From Pseudomonadota bacterium (GTDB lineage: Bacteria > Desulfobacterota > Desulfobulbia > Desulfobulbales > CALZHT01): a stretch of 64,000 bases of DNA. Location of the stretch: NCBI GenBank assembly GCA_018823135.1, contig JAHJJF010000070.1, positions 8,990-72,989 of the forward strand, in the 5' to 3' direction. Position numbers and translations under genes: made by a program. The notes under the pieces were generated by a model, which saw only the letters and a program-made list of their open reading frames with translations, was not told where the DNA came from and did no database searches. Below, in pieces: positions 8,170 through 17,388 of this stretch. Within the stretch, counting starts at the first letter, position 1. Each line of letters begins with the position of its first letter.

Positions 8170-10011
8170 TTGAGCAAAGAAGAATACATCAGAGAGCAAC
8201 TTTTCGGCCTGACCCACTATTGGTCAGGGGTATTGCTTCTTCTTGGAGCGATAATCTTCTTATTTCTTGGGGTGTTGGATTATTTAGTCACTCCGGAAAA
8301 TTTTCAAAAATTTCTCCTCTTACGTATTGCTATAGCAATTTTCCTGGTTGCCTTATACCCTCTAAACAGCCAACTTCTTAAGAAGGATCGCGAAACCAGC
8401 AGAAAGATCAATGCCGCAATTATCGTTATCTGTGCTGCAATGTCTGCGGCGGTCATTGAAATAATGATTCTCCGCCTTGGCGGCCACAGGTCACCCTATT
8501 ATGCAGGCCAATGTCTCATGGTGATCGGTCTTTTAGGGTTGCTACCACTGGGATTCGGGCTTTCTTTAATCATTGGTCTGACCGTTTATTCCATCTATCT
8601 GGTGCCGATACTTCTCTTTGATACCATTCAGGATATTCCGGTTTTCATAAATAATAATTTCTTTCTGCTCACCACAATTATCATAGCAATGTTCTGGCGG
8701 TCTTTAAGTCAGTATAATCTTATTAATTCCCTGGGGTTACAATATGACCTCGATGAAGATAAGAATAAGCTTGAGGATTATTCTGATAACCTTGAGCAAT
8801 TGGTGGATGCCCGGACCCGGGAATTAAATAAATCGGAAATAATGCTTCGAGAGCTTTTCGAGCAGGCAAATGACGGAATTGTCATCATGGATAAGGACGG
8901 CACCATTGTTAATGCCAACAAAAAAGCCTGTGAAATGCATGGTTTTCCAAGAGATACCTTGATTGGTTCGAATATCAGATTGTTGCAGAGAGATAAGGAT
9001 GACAGCCTTTTTGCGCAACGCTATCGGCGAATCCTTGAGGGTGAATCCTGTATTTTTGAAGCACGTCATATTACCAAGCAAGGGAACCTGATATCTGTTG
9101 AAGTCAGCACCAGGGCAATCGAGGTTGATGGAACTGTGCTCATCCAGTCATTTCACCGTGATATTACCGATAAAAAGAAGATGCAGAATCAATTGCTCCA
9201 TTCTCAGAAGATGGATTCTATCGGCCAGCTTGCAGGTGGAATTTCTCATGATTTCAAGAATATTCTCACTTCAATCATTACAATGACTGAAGTCATGCTG
9301 CGCATGGATAATTTAGATGATTTTATTGGCGCTAATCTCAAAATTATCGAGCAAGCTGGCCGTCGTGGTACACAAATTGTGTCCAAACTTCTCAGTTTTG
9401 CCAGAAGAGGGGTTTCCGAATCAGCAGCATTGAACTGCAACAACGTTATTGACGATACCTGCGAAATGCTTTCCAGTCTGCTCCCCAAAAGTATCAAGCT
9501 CATCAAGCAGCGCCAGGAGCCGTTGCCGCCCATCCGCGGGGATGCGACCCAGCTTGAGCAGGTCCTGATGAATCTGATTCTGAATGGGCGTGACGCCATG
9601 CCAAAGGGCGGGGAATTAAGAATAAAAACGGATACTACAGAGCTTACTGCCCGTGACCTGGATATTGATGCGGCAGTCAAGCCGGGTCAATATGTTCATA
9701 TTTCAGTTACCGACTCGGGAATGGGGATTCCTGCCGAAAATATCGAAAGGGTTTTTGAACCGTTTTTTTCAACGAAAGAGGAAGGTAAGGGAACAGGGCT
9801 CGGTCTTGCCATGGTGTATGGAATCATTAAAGAGCATGAAGGATATATTGCAATTACCAGTCATCCTGGAAAGGGTACGACATTCGATATATATATACCG
9901 GTAATTGCCGAGGAATTTTCCGGGACAGTTGCTGAAAGTCAAGCAGAGAGTCTGGATAGAATTATCAAACCGCTCAAAGAACGGCATGAGCACTCCGAAT
10001 ATTTTCAGTAA
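8170..10011 (+). CDS. Membrane PAS-domain sensor histidine kinase
   Basis: The N-terminal ~190 aa are multi-TM. These are followed by a PAS region (LRELFEQANDGIVIMDKDG), an H-box (GGISHDFKNILTSI) and HATPase motifs (NLILNGRDAM, DSGMGI, GTGLGLAMV). The ORF begins with TTG. Confidence 0.9.
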   Translation: MSKEEYIREQLFGLTHYWSGVLLLLGAIIFLFLGVLDYLVTPENFQKFLLLRIAIAIFLVALYPLNSQLLKKDRETSRKINAAIIVICAAMSAAVIEIMILRLGGHRSPYYAGQCLMVIGLLGLLPLGFGLSLIIGLTVYSIYLVPILLFDTIQDIPVFINNNFFLLTTIIIAMFWRSLSQYNLINSLGLQYDLDEDKNKLEDYSDNLEQLVDARTRELNKSEIMLRELFEQANDGIVIMDKDGTIVNANKKACEMHGFPRDTLIGSNIRLLQRDKDDSLFAQRYRRILEGESCIFEARHITKQGNLISVEVSTRAIEVDGTVLIQSFHRDITDKKKMQNQLLHSQKMDSIGQLAGGISHDFKNILTSIITMTEVMLRMDNLDDFIGANLKIIEQAGRRGTQIVSKLLSFARRGVSESAALNCNNVIDDTCEMLSSLLPKSIKLIKQRQEPLPPIRGDATQLEQVLMNLILNGRDAMPKGGELRIKTDTTELTARDLDIDAAVKPGQYVHISVTDSGMGIPAENIERVFEPFFSTKEEGKGTGLGLAMVYGIIKEHEGYIAITSHPGKGTTFDIYIPVIAEEFSGTVAESQAESLDRIIKPLKERHEHSEYFQ

Positions 10012-10146
10012 GCGCTGATAAGCGATCTGTTTCAGGGATATTTTCGGATATCGGTGTTTGAGCCGTTTGGGCTCTGAAAAACCGAGGTACGAAGGGTTTC
10101 AATAAATGTTTCTGGAAGCTTTAGGGATACAGATTATATCTGTTAA

Positions 10147-10344
10147 TTAAGTCGATTCGGTGGGGCAGTCCGAGGAGTAATGTTCACAAACCAGATCCAA
10201 CCAGCTTGAAATCTGTTCGCCGTAAGCATCAGCAGGAAAGTCCTGTCCGCACTCCGTGCAGACCACACGCGCATCACTTCAGCGGCCTTTGAGTCTGGCC
10301 TCATTTCCGCAGGAGATGCATTTAAGTTGAGGTTCCGATTCCAC
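10147..10344 (-). pseudogene. Small Zn-ribbon ORF interrupted by an in-frame TGA
   Basis: My minus-strand translation is (GTG)ESEPQLKCISCGNEARLKGR-TGA-SDARVVCTECGQDFPADAYGEQISSWLDLVCEHYSSDCPTEST. The TGA at 10279-10281 sits between the two CxxC knuckles. There is no ATG start. Confidence 0.3.
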
Positions 10345-10642
10345 TTCAGTCTACCCCCGAATGTTTCATGACATCTGAAAAGGCTCTATAACTTACTAAT
10401 TCGTCGACAGTATCGGCACTTTGCCAAGAATTTGCTTGAAATCAAACTTGTTTCTGGCCAGTGGTTTTTTTGTTGAAGCCAGCGCAGCAGATAAACTTTA
10501 ACTCCGAGCTACGAGGAATGCACTCGCTGTTGCTGTTCTCATGAGTACTCACTCAACGAGGGGGCCGATCAATCCGCATTTGCTTTGAACCTCGAATTTT
10601 TAACCCGCCGGACTCGTGAAATGTCCGGGTTAGCTTGCAACG

Positions 10643-10678
10643 AAAAAAAGGGTTACAGAAATAATCTGCAACCCTTTG
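10643..10678 (-). terminator. Rho-independent terminator after tRNA-His
   Basis: The minus strand reads AAGGGTTGCAG-attatttc-CTGTAACCCTT followed by T7. Confidence 0.55.
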
Positions 10679-10685
10679 TATATTC

Positions 10686-10763
10686 TGGGGTGAGCGAGGG
10701 GACTTGAACCCCCGGCCTCCGAGGCCACAACCCGGTGCTCTAACCAACTGAGCCACGCCCACC
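10686..10763 (-). tRNA. tRNA-His (anticodon GTG) with G-1 and encoded CCA
   Basis: I folded the cloverleaf by hand. The acceptor is GTGGGCG/CGCTCAC, the anticodon arm is CCGGG-TTGTGGC-CTCGG, and the T-loop is TTCAAGT. An extra 5' G pairs with discriminator C, which is a His hallmark. Confidence 0.93.
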
Positions 10764-10908
10764 ATTGAGTCAAAAGTTAATTATACTGGAAGTTTATTCC
10801 CGCTTTGGCAGCAGCAAAAAAATAACAGCTATTTAATTAACGAAACCGAACATAATAGATTGGTTGATTTTTGGCAAGCGCAAAGTAATGGGAAAGCCGG
10901 CCCGGTAA

Positions 10909-11565
10909 TTATACATCTTTGTTACAGTGCATGCAGGTTTTCGCCTGGGCCTTGATTATCTCGCTGCAGTATGGGCATTCTTTTTTGAAATTCGCTTTGA
11001 GTAATTCAATGATCGCCATATTGGTTTTTTGCTCAAGGTCGGTATTTCGAAATGTGTGATTTCTGATTGGGTCAATGCAAGCCAGGTCATTCAATTCTAT
11101 AAGCAGATCTGCGGCCTGGTGGCGGGCTTCCGGAGCTGCGGCTTCGTTGGTGATCAGGTGCAAAACCGGCGCAAGGTTTTTTTCGGCGACACAGGTATCG
11201 AGGAGTGCTGTGGCCTTTTTTTCTTCGGCATAACGCGTGTCCTGTTTTTTCATCGCATCCAGGTCAATTTCACAGCCCTTGAAAGCATCCCTGCCGCCGA
11301 CCATCATTGCTTCGCCGGTGGTATTCCCGGGAAGAAGCACATATCTAAATGATCCGGTGTGGCCGTATTGGACGTCCACCTGCTCCCATCCATTTGCAAA
11401 GAGCGAGCATTCGTCATTGAGGCAGACGAAAAAAATATCAGTTCCCCAGCCTAATCCGTCTCCAACATGAAACGGCGGTGTGTTGCAGCAGGAGAGGAGC
11501 GTGTTGCAATATTTGCAGTAATGTTTTTCATCAACATATTTCATGCATGCGTTGGCATTCAGCAT
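10909..11565 (-). CDS. Hypothetical Cys-rich protein (N-terminal Cys cluster, helical-repeat middle, C-terminal zinc ribbon)
   Basis: 218-aa ORF. The N-terminus contains CKYCNTLLSCC...VCLNDEC and the C-terminus contains CPYCSEIIKAQAKTCMHC. I recognise no family. Confidence 0.6.
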   Translation of the reverse strand: MLNANACMKYVDEKHYCKYCNTLLSCCNTPPFHVGDGLGWGTDIFFVCLNDECSLFANGWEQVDVQYGHTGSFRYVLLPGNTTGEAMMVGGRDAFKGCEIDLDAMKKQDTRYAEEKKATALLDTCVAEKNLAPVLHLITNEAAAPEARHQAADLLIELNDLACIDPIRNHTFRNTDLEQKTNMAIIELLKANFKKECPYCSEIIKAQAKTCMHCNKDV

Positions 11566-11737
11566 TGTTTATATCCTCCAGTGTTTATTGGCCACAAAAT
11601 TTTGGTATCTGTTGATACATAAAAAGATGGGAGTTTTCTCATCAAACATCGAGTAATTGGTATAAGATTTGATGAGGGTGTCTAACATTAGATTGATTAA
11701 TAAGCATTAATTATAACTAATTCAAGGCGGTAAGAAA

Positions 11738-12763
11738 TCAATCACATATTTTTAAGGCCAAAGCTGCCGCCCCCCAAAGTGGCGCCTGGGGATCGATTAT
11801 CAGGCGAACCGGGATCTGCCGGAGAAGATTTTCCAGTCTTCCTTTGTTGTGAAACGCATTGATAAAAGTCTCGGTTTGCAGCGCCTCGATTATTTGTGGC
11901 GCAATGCCGCCGCCGATATACATTCCGGAGGTGGTCATTCCCTGGAGGGCAAGGTTGCCCGCTTCTGCGCCATACACACTTACAAAAAGTTCCAGAGTTT
12001 TTTGACACACCGGGTCTTTTTTTTCAAGGGCGATGGTTGAAATAACGGCGCTTGGATTTTCTTTTTTCATTAAAAATTTGATCCATTCGGGCGCTTCGGT
12101 CCCGGTTTCTGTGAGGAAAAAATCGTAAACATCCTTGAGCCCTCTGCCTGACAGGATTCTGTCAACGCTGACATGGCCGTATTTTTTGGAAAGATGACTG
12201 GCAAGCCTGAACTGCAGCTCTGAAGTTGCAGCGAAATCCTTGTGACCGCCTTCTGAGGGACACGGGACGAAACGGCCGTTATCCTGGATCAGCAGAGCTT
12301 CTCCGAGCCCGGTTCCGGCGGCGACAAGTCCGATATTGCCGTTGTTGTCCGCAGGGTGATCGCTTTTTAAATCAATAAACTGGTTTTGCTTGAGATAGGG
12401 AATGGAATAAACCATGGCGACCAGGTCATTTACAATTTTTAATCGGGGCAGGTTCAGCTGATAACGGAAATCGTCTTCAACGACATCCCATGGCAGATTA
12501 ACCGCTCGTGCAACTCCCTGAATCACGGGGCCGGCGACTCCGATACAGGCTTTGACCGGTTTAATGTTTCCTTCGTCCCTGAGGAATTGGGCAATCAGGT
12601 CTGTGGGGTGTGCCGCGTTCTGTGAAGGGTAAGAGCGAACGGTAATGAGTGTCATGTCGGCGATCGGCCCGGCAAACAGACTTAAATTTGTTTTGGTCCC
12701 GCCAATATCCCCGGCAAGGACAATGTTTTTTTTTGATTCATTGGAAATAACTTCAATATCCAT
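11738..12763 (-). CDS. glk: Glucokinase
   Basis: 341 aa with LAGDIGGTKTNLSLF (ATP-binding) and LVAAGTGLGEALL, which is the Glk-family pattern. Confidence 0.85.
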   Translation of the reverse strand: MDIEVISNESKKNIVLAGDIGGTKTNLSLFAGPIADMTLITVRSYPSQNAAHPTDLIAQFLRDEGNIKPVKACIGVAGPVIQGVARAVNLPWDVVEDDFRYQLNLPRLKIVNDLVAMVYSIPYLKQNQFIDLKSDHPADNNGNIGLVAAGTGLGEALLIQDNGRFVPCPSEGGHKDFAATSELQFRLASHLSKKYGHVSVDRILSGRGLKDVYDFFLTETGTEAPEWIKFLMKKENPSAVISTIALEKKDPVCQKTLELFVSVYGAEAGNLALQGMTTSGMYIGGGIAPQIIEALQTETFINAFHNKGRLENLLRQIPVRLIIDPQAPLWGAAALALKICD

Positions 12764-13018
12764 TGATAATCCTTTATTTGAAAATATGCATGCAAGAGTC
12801 CATGGACCTGGTATCAGCTTGTTTTATTCATTTTATAAACTATCACAGCTGCGGATATGGTACAATTTGCTTTTTCATAGACAGTGATAATTCTGCTCAT
12901 TAATTTATGGGCATTTATGGGGATTTGCAGTAGACCGCCTCAGGCTGCCCGGTGATTTGTAATTATATGATCCGAGGCCGAGAAGAGTGAAATCCTGATT
13001 AAAGGTTGAGGAAATAAG

Positions 13019-13047
13019 TTGACTTTTTACTGCTTGGACATTAAAAA
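13019..13047 (+). promoter_or_regulatory. Candidate sigma-70 promoter upstream of purM
   Basis: TTGACT-N17-TAAAAT lies ~215 nt upstream of the purM ATG. Confidence 0.4.
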
Positions 13048-13264
13048 TCCAGATTATGTTTTATCAATGTAAAGTCATTTTAGGGGCCGCTTTTAGGGGC
13101 CTTTTTCCTTTTTAAATTCGCGCGGCTTTATAGCGGATTCCATTTTTTTACGTATGAACAAGCAAAGCGAGTGCAGACCCCTTCCGCCGGAGGCGGTCCG
13201 GGTATGCATTAGTAATATCTCTTAATTGAAAAGCTTCTAATAATTCAGGAACAGGTCATACAAT

Positions 13265-14326
13265 ATGAGCGAAAGCAAACCATCATCACGTTATGCCGAG
13301 GCCGGCGTAGATATCGATAAAGGCAATGATTTCATCACAAATATCAAGCCGATTGTCGCTTCGACTTTTCATGGCGGAGTCCTTTCCGGAATCGGTGGAT
13401 TCGGTGGGCTGTATGCGTTGGGCGGAAATCGTTATAAGGACCCGGTGCTGGTGTCTTCCACCGACGGGGTCGGCACAAAACTTAAAATTGCCGCAATGTG
13501 TGGCAAGCACGACACCATCGGCATTGATCTTGTGGCAATGTGTGTAAACGATATTGCTGTAAGTGGTGCGCAGCCCCTGTTTTTTCTCGATTATTTTGCA
13601 ATCGGCAAACTTGATCTTGATGTGGCCACTGATGTTGTTCGGGGGATCGCCGAGGGCTGCAAGATTTCCAAATGTTCGCTTATCGGCGGAGAAACAGCAG
13701 AAATGCCGGGACTTTATGTGCCCGGAGATTATGATCTCGCCGGTTTTGTGGTTGGCATTGCAGAACGCGATAAAATAATTGACGGCTCGGATATCAAAGT
13801 TGGCGATGTGCTCATCGGCATGGCGTCAAGCGGTATACACAGCAACGGATATTCCCTGGTTCGCAAGATTTGTTTTGATGATATGGGCCTTGCCATTGAT
13901 AAATACATGGATGAATTCGGTTGCACTCTTGGTGAAGAATTGCTTCGGCCGACCCGAATATACAGTGAACAGATGCTGAATCTGGTCAAGCATTACAAAA
14001 TCGGTGGGTTCGTACATATTACCGGCGGGGGGCTTTATGATAATATCCCGAGAGTTCTGCCTCAGGGCTGTAAAGCGGTAATCAACAGCAAAAGCTGGAA
14101 TGTTCCGCCGGTTTTCAGTTTTCTTCAAAAGAATGGTCGGATTTCGGATGAAGAGATGTGCCGGACGTTCAACTGTGGCATCGGTATGGTTGTCGTGGTT
14201 GATAAGGATATTGCCGATGATGTAATCGGGCAATTAGAGGCACTTGGAGAGTCGGCTACTATAATAGGAAAAATAGCGTCGCAGAAACCTGGAAAAGCCC
14301 CGGAGGTAGAGGTTATTAAGGGCTAG
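13265..14326 (+). CDS. purM: Phosphoribosylformylglycinamidine cyclo-ligase (AIR synthetase)
   Basis: 353 aa. YAEAGVDIDKGN, SSTDGVGTKLKIA, LIGGETAEMPG and GIHSNGYSL are classic PurM motifs. Confidence 0.95.
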   Translation: MSESKPSSRYAEAGVDIDKGNDFITNIKPIVASTFHGGVLSGIGGFGGLYALGGNRYKDPVLVSSTDGVGTKLKIAAMCGKHDTIGIDLVAMCVNDIAVSGAQPLFFLDYFAIGKLDLDVATDVVRGIAEGCKISKCSLIGGETAEMPGLYVPGDYDLAGFVVGIAERDKIIDGSDIKVGDVLIGMASSGIHSNGYSLVRKICFDDMGLAIDKYMDEFGCTLGEELLRPTRIYSEQMLNLVKHYKIGGFVHITGGGLYDNIPRVLPQGCKAVINSKSWNVPPVFSFLQKNGRISDEEMCRTFNCGIGMVVVVDKDIADDVIGQLEALGESATIIGKIASQKPGKAPEVEVIKG

Positions 14327-14364
14327 AAGACCAGCCAAAACCTTTATTTCCAGGCAAGCACAGG

Positions 14365-14862
14365 CTAAACAGGGCTGCAGTCTTCTTGGCCGCCCTTTAT
14401 TTTGTATATCGCATGGGAGAAAACCGGAAGTATCGTCTGCAGGTTATGGGTTGCGCCGTCGACACTTCCGGGTAGATTTACAATCAGGCTTTGTTTCCGG
14501 ATCCCGCAAATCCCCCTTGATAAAGCGGCATACATGGTTTTTTTGCCGCTTTCAAGCCGCATTAATTCGCTTAATCCTGGAATTACCGTGTCGATTACTT
14601 CTCTGGTAGCTTCGGGAGTGATATCTGTTGGACTCACCCCGGTTCCGCCGGTGGTGATAATCAGGTCGATCGCCTGAATGTCGGTCCAGGTAATCAGGAA
14701 GGATTGAATAAGGTCCAGATGATCCGGGACGATTTCAGTGGCGACTACGGTGAATCCATGCTCCCGGAGAAGCAGTTCAATCGCCGGGCCGCTTTTATCC
14801 TCGCGCAAACCCTGCGATCCCTTGGTGCTGATTGTAAGCACTGCACATGTAAGGGGTGTCAA
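14365..14862 (-). CDS. MogA/MoaB-family molybdenum cofactor biosynthesis protein
   Basis: 165 aa. IITTGGTGVSPTDITPEA and VNLPGSVDG match the MoCF_biosynth domain. Confidence 0.85.
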   Translation of the reverse strand: MTPLTCAVLTISTKGSQGLREDKSGPAIELLLREHGFTVVATEIVPDHLDLIQSFLITWTDIQAIDLIITTGGTGVSPTDITPEATREVIDTVIPGLSELMRLESGKKTMYAALSRGICGIRKQSLIVNLPGSVDGATHNLQTILPVFSHAIYKIKGGQEDCSPV

Positions 14863-14991
14863 TCAAGCGACCTCATGATGTTTTACTCTGCCATCAATGT
14901 GTTGTTGATCCAATAATGCGGTTTATACAATAAATAACTTGTTTTCAGTAGATCAAGCTTTCCTGTGATACTGTTGATGAGCGATGTTGGG

Positions 14992-17079
14992 CTATTCGTT
15001 TTCAGCCTTGGCCGCGGCAATGACTTTTTCGGCAAGCTGTCCGGGCATTTCTTCATAATGGGAAAATTCCACATCAAAGGATCCACGGCCACCGGTAATC
15101 GAAGTTAATTCAGGTGAATATTGGAGTATTTCCGCCATGGGGGCCTGTGCGGAGACAATCTCGCTTTTCCCCTCCGAATCCATCCCCATGACCTTTCCCC
15201 TGCGACCGTTCAAGTCACCGATAACATCGCCGACACAGTCTTTCGGCATTCTGATCTGCATACTCATGATCGGTTCCAGGAGAACGGGCTGGGATTCGGT
15301 CACCGCCTTTTTAAAAGCCAGGGATCCGGAAATTTTGAAAGCCATCTCCGAAGAGTCGACGTTGTGGAAGGAGCCGTCAACAAGGGATACTTTCAGGTCA
15401 ACGGTGGGATAACCGGCCAGAACGCCTTTAATCATGGCTTCCTGGATTCCTTTGTCTACTGCCGGAATATAATTTTTCGGAATAACGCCGCCGACGATTT
15501 TGTCTTGAAATTCGTAGCCGCCGCCCCTTGGCATTGGTTCCATTTCGATCCAGGAATCAGCAAACTGACCACGGCCGCCGGATTGTTTCTTATGTTTGCC
15601 CTGAACCCTGGCCTTGCCTTTGATCGTTTCCTTATAGGGCACCTTGGGCGGACGCAGGGCCATTTCCACCCCGAACTTGCGTTTGATTTTTTCACCGGTA
15701 ACTTCAATGTGAATCTGGCCGATACCGGAAAGAAGTATTTCTTTGGTCTGGAGTTCTCTGGTTAATTTAAGGGTTGGATCTTCTTCAAGCATCTTGGTTA
15801 TGGATGAAAAGAGTTTATCTTCGTCATCTTTTTTTGAAGTGCTTACCGCAAAGGACATATTGGGTTTTACCGGGACCAATTCTTCAAAGAGAATTGGCGC
15901 GTCTTTGGTGCAGAGGGTGTCGCCGGTAACCGTTTCTTTAAGCTTGGAAACCGCAGCGATCATTCCAGGATAAACGCTGTCAACCTGTTTGCTTTCTTTG
16001 CCTTCCATGATGAGAGTCTGGCCGAATTTTTCGTTGGTCTCTTTTGTGGCATTATAAAAGCTGTCGCTGTTTAATGTTCCAGAAAAAACCCTGAAAATTG
16101 TAAGCCTGCCGGCGTAGGGGTCAGCCATGGTTTTAAATACCTGTGCTGAAAACGGTTCCTCAAGCAGGGGTTTGCGTTCAATGCTATTTCCTGTTTTGGG
16201 GTCGATGCCGGAACGCGCCGGTCTTTCATTGGGAGCTGGCATCAGTTCGTTAATGATATTTAACAGCATTTCCGTGCCGTTGTTGCCGGGAGCCGCACCA
16301 ACGCATACTGGGCAGATCAATCCTGATTTTGTGGCTTTGCTGAGTCCGGATTTAAGATCGGCTTCGGTCAATTCCCCTTCCTCGAGAAATTTTTCAATAA
16401 GCGCATCATCGGTTTCCGCGACATCTTCCATCAATGTTTCGCGGTGTGATGCAACAAGAACCTGCATTTCAGCAGGAATAGGGGTTTCTTTGAGTTTTCC
16501 TTTGTCACCATCAAAGAGATAGGCCTTGTTCTTGACAAGATCAACTACGCCTTTGAAATCAGCCTCGGCACCGATGGGAAGGCAGGTGATGGCCACTTTA
16601 AATGGGAGCTCGCTTTTTATATCAGCAATCGCCTGATCAAAATCGGCCCGGTCCTTGTCCATTTTATTAATAAAAATAACGGTCGGCAGGTTTCTTTCGG
16701 CAACAAAGGATGCGATTTTTTCAGTCTGATATTTGACTGCAAGGGGGCCTTCAATAACGAATAACGCACAATCTGCGACTTGGGTTGCAAATTTGGATTC
16801 GTTGATAAAGTTGTCGTCACCCGGGGTGTCCAGCAGGAAAACAGTATGTTTTTTCCAGGTGTATTGATGAAACGAGGTATTGATGGTGATTTTTCTTTTA
16901 AGCTCTTCTGGCTCAAAATCAAGAACGGAGGAGCCGTCATCCACTTTTCCAAGACGAGTGGTTTTGCCGGCTGTGAAAAGTAAGGCCTCTGCCAGGGATG
17001 TTTTGCCGCTTTTTCCGTGACCGAAGATTGCCACATTACGTACAGTACTGATGTCTTGCATGTACTCCTCCGTTTCCAT
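14992..17079 (-). CDS. Elongation factor G paralog (EF-G II-like)
   Basis: 695 aa with full EF-G architecture. G1 is GHGKSGKTS, G3 is DTPGD (canonical DTPGH), and G4 is NKMD. The gene stands alone, not in a str operon. Confidence 0.9.
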   Translation of the reverse strand: METEEYMQDISTVRNVAIFGHGKSGKTSLAEALLFTAGKTTRLGKVDDGSSVLDFEPEELKRKITINTSFHQYTWKKHTVFLLDTPGDDNFINESKFATQVADCALFVIEGPLAVKYQTEKIASFVAERNLPTVIFINKMDKDRADFDQAIADIKSELPFKVAITCLPIGAEADFKGVVDLVKNKAYLFDGDKGKLKETPIPAEMQVLVASHRETLMEDVAETDDALIEKFLEEGELTEADLKSGLSKATKSGLICPVCVGAAPGNNGTEMLLNIINELMPAPNERPARSGIDPKTGNSIERKPLLEEPFSAQVFKTMADPYAGRLTIFRVFSGTLNSDSFYNATKETNEKFGQTLIMEGKESKQVDSVYPGMIAAVSKLKETVTGDTLCTKDAPILFEELVPVKPNMSFAVSTSKKDDEDKLFSSITKMLEEDPTLKLTRELQTKEILLSGIGQIHIEVTGEKIKRKFGVEMALRPPKVPYKETIKGKARVQGKHKKQSGGRGQFADSWIEMEPMPRGGGYEFQDKIVGGVIPKNYIPAVDKGIQEAMIKGVLAGYPTVDLKVSLVDGSFHNVDSSEMAFKISGSLAFKKAVTESQPVLLEPIMSMQIRMPKDCVGDVIGDLNGRRGKVMGMDSEGKSEIVSAQAPMAEILQYSPELTSITGGRGSFDVEFSHYEEMPGQLAEKVIAAAKAENE

Positions 17080-17388
17080 TTTATGTAATTAGTAATAAAT
17101 TGTGTTTTTTATCGTCAGTAGTCCCGTAATAAATTGTTGAAATATGAGATTGTGGCGTTCCTTGACCGTTGAACAATACATTGCTTGGTATCTGAACGAT
17201 CAAAGGAACGTATAGTATTCGGAAGGTTATGTCAAAGTCAAGCAAGTATTTCAGCAAGAAATAAAGGATAGTTGTTATCTTGTCGCCAAACTGATATTGT
17301 TCCCGGGGGTATGGGCTTGAGGGCAACCTTTGATTAATAATTTTGTAGACTAGACAATCTTTAAAAATAAAATAAGTATACAAAAAAT

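Noticed and set aside
10279-10281. In-frame TGA of the Zn-ribbon mini-ORF read as selenocysteine
   Set aside because: The codon is not in a redox motif (R-TGA-S). The only downstream hairpin (CTGCAC-gga-GTGCGG, ~22 nt away) is short and not SECIS-like. A pseudogene is the simpler reading.
10553-10765. 70-aa ORF overlapping tRNA-His
   Set aside because: Its N-terminal part is simply the translated tRNA sequence, and the tRNA cloverleaf is unambiguous.
13060-13264. Purine or ZTP (pfl) riboswitch upstream of purM
   Set aside because: The conserved cores I remember are not present: the guanine/adenine three-way junction, and the ZTP GGGUCGUGAC...CCGCCUGGGCA. Only a generic CCGCC/GGCGG hairpin is there.
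17081-17383. 100-aa ORF in the divergent EF-G/murJ promoter region
   Set aside because: It lies in an AT-rich intergenic region, has an odd composition, and shows no RBS or motif. It is likely spurious.
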